In this document: piece after piece, positions 1 to 11,775 of the stretch
Layout: each line of letters opens with the position of its first letter
How positions within the stretch are numbered: the first letter of the stretch is position 1
Assembly (NCBI RefSeq): GCF_040938485.1
Contig: NW_027270917.1
Coordinates: forward strand, 1,922,001-1,986,000
Source of the DNA: Diadema antillarum
Lineage: Eukaryota
Direction of reading: 5' to 3'
Length of the DNA: 64,000 nt
Position numbers and translations under genes: made by a program
The notes under the pieces: model-generated
Seen by the model: the letters and a program-made list of their open reading frames with translations, nothing else
What the model was told of the DNA's origin: nothing
Databases searched by the model: none

Positions 1-3000
1 CACATTTGACTTCTTTACAAAATGCTTTAAATTGTATTACTGTAGGTGGTCCAGTGTAGAACTTTTAGCTGAAGTGCGCTCGCATGAAATGTCGTTCATT
101 CTATTGGTGATTCATTAATTGCCTCTCATTCTATGCCATCTTCACGTAGTAGCTACCACACGCAAATTCCAGGATGGCGTAGGTAGCATCTGAACGCAGC
201 TTTTAAGATCAATTGAAAACTTTAAATTGAGATTCCTACTGAAATCATTCGATTTGGTTGCTGCATTAGATAAAGATTTGTAAAATTAAAGGTTTCAGTC
301 AACAGAATCAATACAAACAGCTAATGATCAGTGATACAAATTCATAAACATGAACTGTCAATTAAGGTTCCTCGGCAGAGACTTTGAGCTTGTCTATCAT
401 CAAGCTGTACCGTATACCTATCTTAAAAATGAAAGACTGAAAAATGTGGGGTTTTTTTCTGACGGCAACCAACACCCATGCATGATGAAAAAGAGTTAAT
501 GAAATATATCATCTTACATATCATTTTCGTCACTAAGGTTTGATATAAAAGTTTTGTTCTTGGCTCAACATGCTCATTGCACACAGCATGTATAACAGTG
601 AAATTTGGAAAGTTCAGTAGGGCACTTTGATTTCCTCGTGTTTGTCCTCACAAAAACCTACTTATTTTGCGTCCAATTGGCAATCGTGAATCATTTCACC
701 ATTTCTTAACATAAAAGAGTAATAAAATCGCATAGAGAGAGGGGGCTGTATAACTATAACGACTTCGCGAGAAAGCGTCAAATTCAGTCTCGGCGAAGCC
801 GCGAATAACTAAAAAGAAGAGCGAGCGCTTTCAAAGATGTAAACAATGGACAACCAAACTCGGTAAGTTGATAAAAACTAGTTGTGGTTATATACTTTAA
901 CGCCCTCTCAATCTTCTTTCTTTCTTTTCATCATCATTTGAATGAATTCTGAGCTTGTTTTATTCCAAGTGGTCCCTCATGGATTAGGGTAGAGCGCATC
1001 AACCCATATGACACATTTCAGTATTTCCAACGGATTTCAGACTAACCGCTTTTGTCCAACTCGTGTGGGTTGCCATTCATCAGTGACGATTGTTCACCTT
1101 CATTCTCTCCCCTGTACGCGTTCTAATAGGTCACAATGAAGGAAAAAGGCACAATAGAGCTGTACTGATGACGTAATAATACAGAAGCCATTGTGCCCTT
1201 GTGAATGCCTGAATTACCTTGCACAAGTAATACTTTCTTGTACTCAACTCTGTACGCCTCCTCAAGGTCTGCTGTAACGTAATGTCCCCTTGATTGACTG
1301 ATTTTGCCAGTGCTATATTCATTTCTGCTTGTCTATACTTTCTCTTTTTACACTTTATTTCCATTCCACTACCAAATTGTAACATATCCTTTCCATCGGT
1401 GTATGCGTATAATTATAACAACAGTTCAAGAACTGTACTGGCTGCATAATTTCAGATACACCACTGTTCCAATCTCCTGTAGGCTTAGTCGACTGTTTTC
1501 ATGGCATTTGCATTCTCTGTTGTTTGTTTTTTCGCCCACTGGGATCTATTTTCCTCTATGCCATATATACAATATTCATCAACACAAATACATAACTGTA
1601 ATATTTCAACAAAGAAGCACTTTGTAACATTGAATCTTAATGAACTGTCATGTGCATTCAATGAACTGAGGTGTCAAGAAACAATCATAACAAAGTAACA
1701 TTTCAAAAAACAAGTGTCTGAGCAAAACCCACTTTCTCTGATACACGCTTGCAGATTACAATTATTTCTTGCAATAAACTTTTCCATCGTTTTGATACTC
1801 CCTATAATAATATCCTCGAAGGAAAGACAGCGTGGAACTATCATCCTTCGTTTACAGTCATGAATTCCTTTCGAAGAATCATAGTATAGGAACAGATTTT
1901 AATGCCGAATCAAATGACACAAAAACGCTCGATATAGATTCTTGGTTTTCCGCCGTGAATACAATTCCTTATATCCACATATTGGCACTCGATCACTATT
2001 GATGCTAGTAATTACATCGTCGTTTAAATTATCTTTCTTTTCTTTCTATTAATCGATCTAATGCTATTCAACTTCTTTATTATATTTGAATATGAATTCA
2101 AAGAATTTCTATTCAATGATTTATCCTAAAACCACCTTGAATCGATTCTGATGTATACTCTTATGCTGGTCCACGGAAATGACCCCTTTCCTTTCCTCGA
2201 GTTGTATTAATTAAGATGCCTTTTAAGTAAACCTTCAAGTATAAATCTATTTTTTTCCGTGTATATTCAGGTGTGTATGTGTGTGCGTATGTGCATGGGA
2301 GGGGTCCGCTGAAAATGCTGAAAGGTTTATCATAAGGTTTGCCTCCTGTCCTGTGAAGGTTTGTTTTTATGTGTATATAACATGTGCGTCTGTGTGCGTG
2401 TGTTTGTTTATTTATGTGTAAGCATGTTTTTAGTGTTTATTAATTTCTCTTTCAATTCCCTTAAAAAAGGAAAGAATATGTTTCACCACCTGCAACGTAC
2501 CGCGTACTACTGGAACGAGCCAATCACGGTGTAACAGATCTCAACTAATTTTGCTACGAATGAGAAATTGGCGTATTTTGATACATTCAACACAATTGAC
2601 GGTGGGCTGAACCTTTTATTTCTCTTTTTAATACACGATGAATACTCATGATATCCCTTCCCATTCATTGAATGTCATTGTGAAATTCTTTCTTTACTCT
2701 GTTCGTGTCGGAATTTGCGAATCATCAGGAATGTTTGTTCTTCCGCAATGAAACTTGGAAAACTGAAAAAATAGCCCCAATTGACACTTTTTGATTATAT
2801 TGATGAATTTTAACAAAAAGTGAATAAGATGCAAAATGCGACTTTCGTTCTTATGAGTGCCTTATATTTCCCAGAAGTTATGCATGGGTAATATAAATTC
2901 TGGGGGACGACGCTAACTCTATATCATATAGTTACTGACAATTTGTCCGTTTAAGAATGATATGCGGTCTGCGATATAGTGCCTTGGTAAGATGCCAGCC

Positions 3001-4124
3001 TTGATGCTACAATCTTCCGGCGAGCCCAGAAAACAACAACAAACAAAAACAGTAAGAGTCCGAGACACGGTTCGAGGATTTCAGAGAAAAAAAAATCGTC
3101 AGCCCTTTTTGAACAAAACATCAAGAGGCATGTATTATTGCTTCTATTTCCTTCTCCCTTTCTACGGCAAGCACATTTTCACAATAGCATTCCGTGGGGC
3201 TAAGCCGCCAATGGAACAGCCCAAATACCTACATCCCACCGCACTATGAGCGTAGCATATCCTGCTTCTGAACGGTGGTTAAGAGTTCGTTTGGAGGGAT
3301 TCACCCGATGAAAACTGCCTCTTTCACTGGCTCTAAAACCTACGAGTTTCAGCAGTTATCGATCCGAGATACTTCAGTGAGGATTTGCACCGTGTGTAAC
3401 CATCCTCAGCCTTGCGTTTTGTGTGGTACATTTTCAGTCATCGTCGTATAGGACTAAAATATACACGTGCACGAAGCAGACACTGGATAAATACATGCTA
3501 TACGACGAATATGATGACCTATAGGTGGCAAACAGGTGTGCAACGTACTCGACTGTGGCTTAGTTGTTATACTTTTTCTGATTACCAGAGTTTTTCGCAC
3601 GCGTGGATATAGAATTTATTGTGACCTGGTAAATGTTATCCTGGATATCACGCAAAGGAACAGTTAACACTCTTTCATTCATTTCCAGTCCACAAGGATG
3701 TGTGTGAAATTTGTGTACGTTTCCCATTGGCACAGGAAGAGTTAATAAAACTGTAGACTATCTTCGCATCGTAGCTTCTCACAGGCGCTTAAATGAGTAT
3801 TGCTCGACAGGATTCAGAGGACCTGCGCATGGTAGATGTTACTGATTGATGCATGGAGAAAGATTGAAGCACAATTTGATTCATCGAAAAAATAACAACT
3901 GTGTACTTATATTGTCTTCTACTTGGAGATTACTGGACCGAACGAAGGAGAGCTACAGCAGTGAAGCATGAATGACAGGACTTTGTCTGCGTCATAATCA
4001 ATCATTCATTTGATAGGAAACGACTTTTTTAGTATTGTCGGACGAGACAAGTCTTTGATGTCGTCTGTTTCCTATTTTAATGACAATCTACCTAGCTGTT
4101 GATGGACGCAATCATCCAAACATC

Positions 4125-5780
4125 ATGAATTCGATGCAGGTAAATCTTGGTACGATAATGCTTCTTGTGCTAGCGGGGGTCAGTTCTGCCGAATTTAACT
4201 ACACAACTCTGCCAAAAGACTTCTTGTTGATTTCAAATGGAAAAGTCGACACATTGCAGGTGAATCTGACAGGAGTGACGCAGCCGCTAACTGTTGAAGT
4301 TTCCAGCAGTAATACACGTATATTTACCTTGGATCAGGATGTTTTCGAACTAGATGTGGTGGCTTTGCAGACTATAGCGATTCCCGTTCGGGGAATTTCC
4401 CTTGGTATCGATGCCATTCAATTTACAGTACGTGGGAGCACTGGCTTGATCGATCCAAGATTCGATATTCAGCCCTTCGTCGTGAAAGTGAAGCGAAATG
4501 CCGGCCCCATAAACACCATCTTTACATACGTGCTGTTGATCTGGCTTATGGTAAGCTATGTTACCATGGGCGTGAAGCTGGAATGGAACCTGATACGGGG
4601 AAAGCTAAAAAGACCATTTGGCGTCGCTATCGGAGCCCTTTGCCAGTTCATCATCATGCCCGGCTGTGCGGCTCTCTTGGCCAGGGCCTTGAGACTCGAC
4701 GCCCCTACGGCTGTGGCATTGATTATCGTGGGTTCATGTCCCGGAGGATGGTTAAGTAATGTCTTCACGCTCCTTCTCGACTGCGATCTCATATTGAGTC
4801 TGACGATGACTTTTTGCTCCACCGTGATCGCCCTAGGACTCATGCCACTAAATCTTTTCATCTACGCCAGACCTTACACCAGCGGTAATAGCAGCATCCG
4901 TATACCTTTCCTCCAGATTTTCCTTCAGCTCATCACCCTGGTCGCTCCACTCTCAATCGGCACTTACGTCGCCCATCGTTACCCTAAGGCTGCAAAGTGG
5001 TTCCGTCGCCTGCTCAAACCCTTGGCTTTCATTCTCATCGTTCTTGGTTTTGCTGCAGGTTTGTGGGCAAACTACTACGCATTCGCATCTCCGGTCGAAG
5101 TCTATCTTTGCGCCATCCTTCTGCCAGTAATCGGAGCTGTCCTCGGTCTGCTTGTTTCAAAAATGACTTGTCTCTCAAACCACTCCGCCATCACAATCTG
5201 CATAGAAACAGGTGCTCAGAACGCCCTCCTGGCAACCTCTGTCATTGCTCTGTCGCTTCCGCAACCCGAAGCCGACCTTATGACTAGGGTCCCGGTATTA
5301 TTCGTCGTTATGACATTTGTTTTTCTACTCACCATGACCGGCATCTATGTCATCATGAAGCGATATCCTGGTCGATACGAATTGCCCGAACACGAAGAAA
5401 ACGGCAAAGACGTAGCCGTCAATGGAGTCGAGGCTACTACTGAATCTTCAGGAGGCGCCATCACCAGTTTGTCGGCCAGGATCCAGGGAATAGGTCCGGC
5501 GAAACTTCAGACTAAATCTCAGAGAAAAAAAGGAGCTCCGCCGAAGGGAATGTTTTCGAAGTCTACGCAGGTCGATTTCGAAGAGGTGCGACGGTCTAAC
5601 CGGGATGTTTCGTTGGTCAATTACGGTTTCGTTGCCGACTCGGGTAGATCCAACATACGACGATCTGACATTGTAAGACAGATGCGATCAAGTCAGTCGT
5701 CTATTGGTACTTTTGACTCCTTGGGAAGACCAGACGGTGTCGATGTTAGAAACCCAGCTGCGAGGCAGGTTTATTTATGA
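4125..5780 (+). CDS. SLC10-family Na+/bile-acid cotransporter-like protein A1; intronless CDS, 551 aa, signal peptide + ectodomain + long cytoplasmic tail
   Basis: Open 566-codon ORF 4080-5780. ATG 4125 (MNSMQV) is preferred because it aligns with the starts of A2/A3 (MSSMQI, MPSMQI) in the same ccaa(a)c(a/g)tcATG context. SBF motifs: CQFIIMPG, GSCPGGWLSN, DLILSLTMTFCSTVIALGLMPLNL, IETGAQNALLA. Family is clear; exact orthologue is not. Confidence 0.93.
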   Translation: MNSMQVNLGTIMLLVLAGVSSAEFNYTTLPKDFLLISNGKVDTLQVNLTGVTQPLTVEVSSSNTRIFTLDQDVFELDVVALQTIAIPVRGISLGIDAIQFTVRGSTGLIDPRFDIQPFVVKVKRNAGPINTIFTYVLLIWLMVSYVTMGVKLEWNLIRGKLKRPFGVAIGALCQFIIMPGCAALLARALRLDAPTAVALIIVGSCPGGWLSNVFTLLLDCDLILSLTMTFCSTVIALGLMPLNLFIYARPYTSGNSSIRIPFLQIFLQLITLVAPLSIGTYVAHRYPKAAKWFRRLLKPLAFILIVLGFAAGLWANYYAFASPVEVYLCAILLPVIGAVLGLLVSKMTCLSNHSAITICIETGAQNALLATSVIALSLPQPEADLMTRVPVLFVVMTFVFLLTMTGIYVIMKRYPGRYELPEHEENGKDVAVNGVEATTESSGGAITSLSARIQGIGPAKLQTKSQRKKGAPPKGMFSKSTQVDFEEVRRSNRDVSLVNYGFVADSGRSNIRRSDIVRQMRSSQSSIGTFDSLGRPDGVDVRNPAARQVYL

Positions 5781-8700
5781 GGACGTATACATGAGCATGA
5801 CAGTGTGGAGCTTACGCCTTTACACTAATGACTCTTTGAACCAACATAATTGAGAAACTCCAATCTCCTTTGCAGCTGATATCATCAATATAGCCGTGTT
5901 TCTGCAGATGATGCGCGTTTAGTGTGCATGTCTTTTTCATTGTCTCATCTCGTCATTCGTTTGTAGCAGGTTTAAAGCAAGATAAATCCATTTAAATGTG
6001 AGATCTATGCCATGCTTTCGGAAGATAAAACTTTTAGACAAAGAAATGAGTCTGATGTCATTTGGTTCATATACATCTGATATTTAGTACAACCTGCGTG
6101 CTTTGTATACTCTCACCATTCGCTTGCTCACGAGTTTTGAAAAAGTAGCATGTATAACTTAACCATTTTTTCTTTTTCCTTTCACCTAAGTACTGTGAAT
6201 ATATCTCTGATAATTTTTTATATGATTACTCATCAAGTAATTTTGTTTGGTCACGATATATTTCAAATCTATAACTGGATAATTAGGTGTGAAGTTCATA
6301 TGGCTCTATTGATATTTTGTACATGCCCTCACGTGAAATGTGTAGATTACCGCGTACGTTTTACTAAAGAAGCAGTTCACTGTCACTGGTGTTGGTATTT
6401 ATGCTGATACTTCTACTTCGCAAACAGTGACTTACATTATTTTTTTTTTTCAGGACGAATACTCAACAAATATTTCTTGTATACTGAGTCTACGAGACAG
6501 TAATAGGCAGTCTCAGTCAGAGAATACAGCTGTACTTCTTTATGGGTTATGATAACAAAGTCGTGATTGGTTGTCAAGTCACAGTGAGCTGTGTGACAAT
6601 GAGTTGGACGGTCAGCATATCCGAATCAAAGAGAATTAAATATTTTACATAACGTTTGGTTTCGCTTAACTAAATAGAATAGCATATGGTATCTTTACGC
6701 AGCGTGAGGCTTCATCTAAACCAGACTTGCGATAAGAAAGGTATATGGAATTGTACAAGTTTACATGAATGCACATCTCATTCGAATGGTATTATTTGTC
6801 TCAAGCACAACCATTCTTTTGGATTTTTGGCAAATGATGATAAAGCAGCTGTGTTTCATTTCATTTCATTTCACTTCATTTGTTTTCAATGCCAACAAAG
6901 AAACGTGTACAAAACATACCATGCCCCCCCCCACACAAAAACAAAACAAAACAAATCAAAACAAAACAAAACAAAACGAAGCAATGTACGGATTCTACAT
7001 TGCTCGAAACAATGATATAAATGCATAACAATGCATGATATTTATTAAAGAACTGTTGAAAATGGAGGGGAAGCTAAAAAGTTCCATTTCTCCCTAACAT
7101 GAAGTTTTTGCGAGATCATCACCAGCCTACAATAATTCAATCCAAAAGCTGCAATTTATTCTTATTATTGTAAGTAAAAATAAAGGAAATTTTATCATCA
7201 AACTCTGTGTACATGTTAACAGGTCAATGGTAGACAAGTGAGATGATGATTTTTATGTAATCTGTTAATTCTGACTATTCTTCATAAGACCATAAATAAT
7301 TTGTCTATCAGAGGATTGAACTAAGTGAGCATACTATCACTGAAGGTAACTGATCTGTCAGACATCCTTTATTGTCAACCATAATTCTCATCTTTAACTC
7401 TCTAATTCAATGCAGCTTCGCCAACAGATACTGTACATATAAAACTTGGAAATATAGTACCTAGCAATGTATATATAAATCTTTCCTTTTGTGACCATTA
7501 AAGGTTTAACTTATGAATATAATTCTATTCTGTCGTACAAATTTTTGTGCACTACTACTTTATCAGAATGTTTAAGATTGTCGCTCATTCTCAAACATGA
7601 TGACCGGCACATTACAAGCATATTCCAGTTACGCCGATGATTTAGAATACGAATTACTGATGTAATCTCAATAAATAATAGAACCATGTCAATAGATAAC
7701 ATGAAATCAAGAAAAGGTAATATTTTTATTACTTTTTCAATTTTATGAACTTTTTATGTTTTAATGAAACATTATCATTTGTCGCAATGGCATTTGTATG
7801 ATTAATGATACAATGGTATAATCTATATATTTTCCCACACACAAACCATCATTAAATTAAATGTAATTATGAGCGATGAATTCAATCACTTTCCGTTAAA
7901 TTACATAAGAGCAGTCCATTACTTATTGAGAAAAAGCACCGTTTTCAACACCACCTTCTCAAAGAAAAAAATGAGATAGTTAAGAGGCGATGATGAAATC
8001 ATCTCATTTATTTCACATTTGAGATTGCGATCAATCTCACTGCTCCATGACAACTTGGAAACCTTTAGAAAGTTTATAACTTTCATTCAGATTGACAGAT
8101 TTTTATGACTCTGCAAAGATAGCATACTGTGTAGCTGATCTACTTTGGTTATTCATAGTCAAGTCAAACTTGGGGAGTTATTTTACTATAGTAAGTTCTA
8201 GGAAACACAATAAAAGTCACATCGACGTTGTATAGTCTGTGCACAAGTAGTACAATCATCAATCGTCAGCCAAAATTTACTTTATTTGACGATATGTATG
8301 TTAAGATAACATTATGTATACAGAAATAAAGCATTTTTGTGTGTAGCATGATTTCTAAGCCGATATATATTTTCTTTGTATTATGGGACCACCATCCTTT
8401 AGTTAGAATCTGTTTTATGGTGGCGGTTATTTGAATAATTTTTCTCTCCCTTCGCTGTAATGTGGAAGTTCCCTTGTGATTTTGGACTGTGGTCACCATG
8501 GCAACCGATGTTACGAAAGTGGCAATTCCTGTATTGTTTTGTATCGTCTGCTTCACTTTGGTTATGGATTATTCTCTCTCTATTTGTTACGGAACGTGAA
8601 AGATAAAAATGAAATTATACCAAACTGAACCAAAACCAAACCAAAGCTATAACCAATCATTCCTGATCGGAGGGTCTTGCTCAGTGCATGACAGTGAGAT

Positions 8701-9848
8701 TACAATGAGAGAAAAGAGTTTGCGTACGTCATGAAAAATTCTAGATCAAAATGCTTCGAATGAAAATAGGGAGCGTGATGATTATGAATAATCTAAAACA
8801 CGCTTAAAATTGACAACGGAGACAGTCTTGAACAAGACAATAGTATGCTAATTTGTGTGTGTGTGTTTGTGTTTGTCTGTGTCTGAGTGAAAAAAAAATC
8901 TTGCGAGGTCATAGGCTAATTACTGATGAACACATCAGACACTAGAATAACTTTTGCTCATACAGCGCATGACTGTTTACAAAAACTGAGTAAGTCAATA
9001 TTTGACGCAGACGCCGAAAATTACGTGATAATAATGATGCACTAATTTAGCGGGGGGTGGGGTAGGGGGAAGGCGGGAGATGGGGTAGATACCGTCTTCC
9101 TAAATTACAAGCAAACATTAGAATGAATTGCTTGTTTTTAATTTGATAAGCAACACATTTTTAAGTAGGCCTATACTTCATCTGTTTTGCTGAAATCGTC
9201 TATCCTTAAATCAATCATTGGGAAATAACATATTATGACGTTGACGTTATACTAAAAGCCGACTATTGAAAGGGCCGACTTTCATAACCCTACTGTCGAT
9301 CACAATTGTTGACACAATATCCTGAAATAGCACATCGGCAAAACGTGTGATCATCGTTTTGATGCTGGAATTAATTTAGAACATGCAGTCCTTGCGACCA
9401 AAATTAGATATGACGCAAGACACCTTGAAAATAACGAATGTGCCAAACATGATTACGTAATGCATGGAAAAAATCAAACAGGGCGTGTTTGACATGTTCA
9501 CAGCGTCTTTGATTACATTTGAAAATGAGAATCAACATTATGATCTCCTAGAGTCTAGACCGCATCGAACCGACGGCAGACGAATCTGTCCTCATGAATA
9601 AAGACAGAGTAAACAAATACATGTCTTTGTGCAAATTTACATAGTCCGTCATAAGCTGGCTAACACCTTTCGCCTATTTGCCGATACTTTCTCACAAGAT
9701 AATGAGTTGCCCTCAGTGGGAGCCATCGTAGCTCACAGGACAGACGTGATTCACGGGGTCTTACCACGACGGCGCATCTTTCGTGCATGACAATGTATTT
9801 TGTACACGGACATCATGCAAATGGTACCCATGTGTTACAAATGGAGCC

Positions 9849-10315
9849 NNNNNNNNNNNNNNNNNNNNNNNNNNNNNNNNNNNNNNNNNNNNNNNNNNNN
9901 NNNNNNNNNNNNNNNNNNNNNNNNNNNNNNNNNNNNNNNNNNNNNNNNNNNNNNNNNNNNNNNNNNNNNNNNNNNNNNNNNNNNNNNNNNNNNNNNNNNN
10001 NNNNNCATAAAAAAAACAAAGAACATGTAAACATAATATGCAAGGTCCATGGTCCTATTCTGGACACATGACAGGTAATGACAGACTTATTTAAAAATAG
10101 TGAGCAAGTTGTAATAAAGTTATATGTACAACAAATTTTGGTTAATTTTTTGACAAAACTACCAGACANNNNNNNNNNNNNNNNNNNNNNNNNNNNNNNN
10201 NNNNNNNNNNNNNNNNNNNNNNNNNNNNNNNNNNNNNNNNNNNNNNNNNNNNNNNNNNNNNNNNNNNNNNNNNNNNNNNNNNNNNNNNNNNNNNNNNNNN
10301 NNNNNNNNNNNNNNN
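9849..10315. other. Two assembly gaps (N runs at about 9849-10005 and 10169-10315)
   Basis: Runs of N in the sequence. Confidence 0.97.
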
Positions 10316-11775
10316 TATATGATGGATTGGGCAGTCGGAATGGCTTTTCATAAAAGGCACGTTTTCAAACTTTATTGAACTTTGAATTTTCCGTGGAGAG
10401 GTTTTCCAGATTCATTTAACCATCAATACATCACTACGATGAAGGAATTCATTGCTACCTTGTCGACTACCGAAATTGTCTCGTGTCGATAGTACTCATA
10501 AGGCTGCGTATGAAAAACGAATATTGCAGGTCATTAAGACTTTCTTAAATGCTTCGAACCTCAACACTTATGCATAAGGCGTGAGGCCTCAGGGGTTCTT
10601 TGTCATACTTACACGGGTAAGGATGACGAGTTTTTTTTTTTCAGGTCTTACAAATGATAACCACAATGGATTTTCAACCATCAAAAAGTCTCATTTAGGA
10701 TCATTTCTTTTTTGTTTTAACTGGAATAAGTCAGATATTATTTTAAGCAAGCTCCAGATCACACGATGTTCAACTAAAATATGTTAAAGCTTCGTGCTTC
10801 ACATCGTCTCCATTGACCCTCAAGATGTAGGCGCAATGAGTGGGTCCCTGCATCGTCCTTTCCCTCCGGCTGTTGGGCACGGACCAGACAGGTTCAAACT
10901 GCACCTCAAACAAATGCAAAATTTGGCAGTCACAGCGTTTATACATGTATATGCTCATCAGCCGAATAAAGCTTGCAATGTGTATGCGATAATATTACCG
11001 TTGACCATGGCAGACAAAACTAAACGGCGGTATCATACATAGTACTTTTCTACACCTATACTGTTACTGATCAGAAGCCCATTAGTTTCTTACAAAGGCA
11101 ATTGATTGCTTAAGGTTTGGACCTTTGTCAATTACTTATTAGAATCATCCCCAACCCCCTAAAAAGTACACGCGAACTCGTTATCTACTTATCAATTCTA
11201 AATTCGCTGAAGCTTTAAATTATTTGTAATCACTGTGAAGAGTTCATGCAGAAAAACCTATACAATGTAGGCCGTGATAAATACTTGGCAGAGATTTTCG
11301 TTACCTATGGTCGGTCTATCACATATCCTCACTTTCTTCATGGTAGGTGGAACGAAAGCAGCTTAGTTCATATGACAGGAGAGTGTCAAACAAGAATGTG
11401 GGAAATCCCCGAATGCAATGACACCTTTCTGCCTATAACACAAATGCCATGCTGAGTTTACAAGCATCCAGCATCCAGTTGGAAGCACGGAAAATATAAC
11501 AAGGACACATGACTGTGCAATTGATCTTAGACTGTTAAGCTTTTGCCGTCACTTATTCAGCTGGGCTCGGACGCACGACAAGCAGAGACTGTTTAAACAT
11601 TCTCATCATTAATAATGTGTCTTACATGAAATGACAACATTTTTAAAATTTCAGTCTGGAAAGTCATAACATTTTGACATTCTTCGTAGTACTTGATGCG
11701 TTATACAATTATATAACAATCATTTGTTAATGTTTGCTACCTGATGAAATATATTTTTGTAACTTGTGCAGAAAT

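Noticed and set aside
3300-3410. Hammerhead-ribozyme or Penelope-like motif on the minus strand (ctgaag...gaaactc)
   Set aside because: The core reads CTGAAGT rather than CTGANGA, and no stem II can be formed.
4080-4124. Upstream in-frame ATG of A1, and the TTG starts given for the B1 (11734) and B3 (61755) ORFs
   Set aside because: These extensions are not conserved in paralogues, delay the signal peptide and overlap predicted splice acceptors.
4556-4861. Conserved antisense ORFs (also 20746-21051, 35401-35706, 53957-54217, 63028-63258, 11980-12435) and alternate-frame ORFs such as 4997-5287
   Set aside because: They are shadows of the conserved SLC10 coding strand, with no independent motif or start context.
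7990-8130. ~120-bp similarity to 38335-38460, possibly an older duplication of A1 downstream DNA
   Set aside because: The flanks do not extend the alignment, so a dispersed repeat fragment is equally likely and cannot be excluded without a search.
8492-8505. RFX X-box GTCACCATGGCAAC upstream of B1
   Set aside because: It is a single motif with no paralogous conservation, and CCATGGCAAC-like words also occur in repeats in this window.
9783-10360. ORFs spanning N-gaps (also 41181-41658 and 63628-63991)
   Set aside because: Artefacts of translating N runs.
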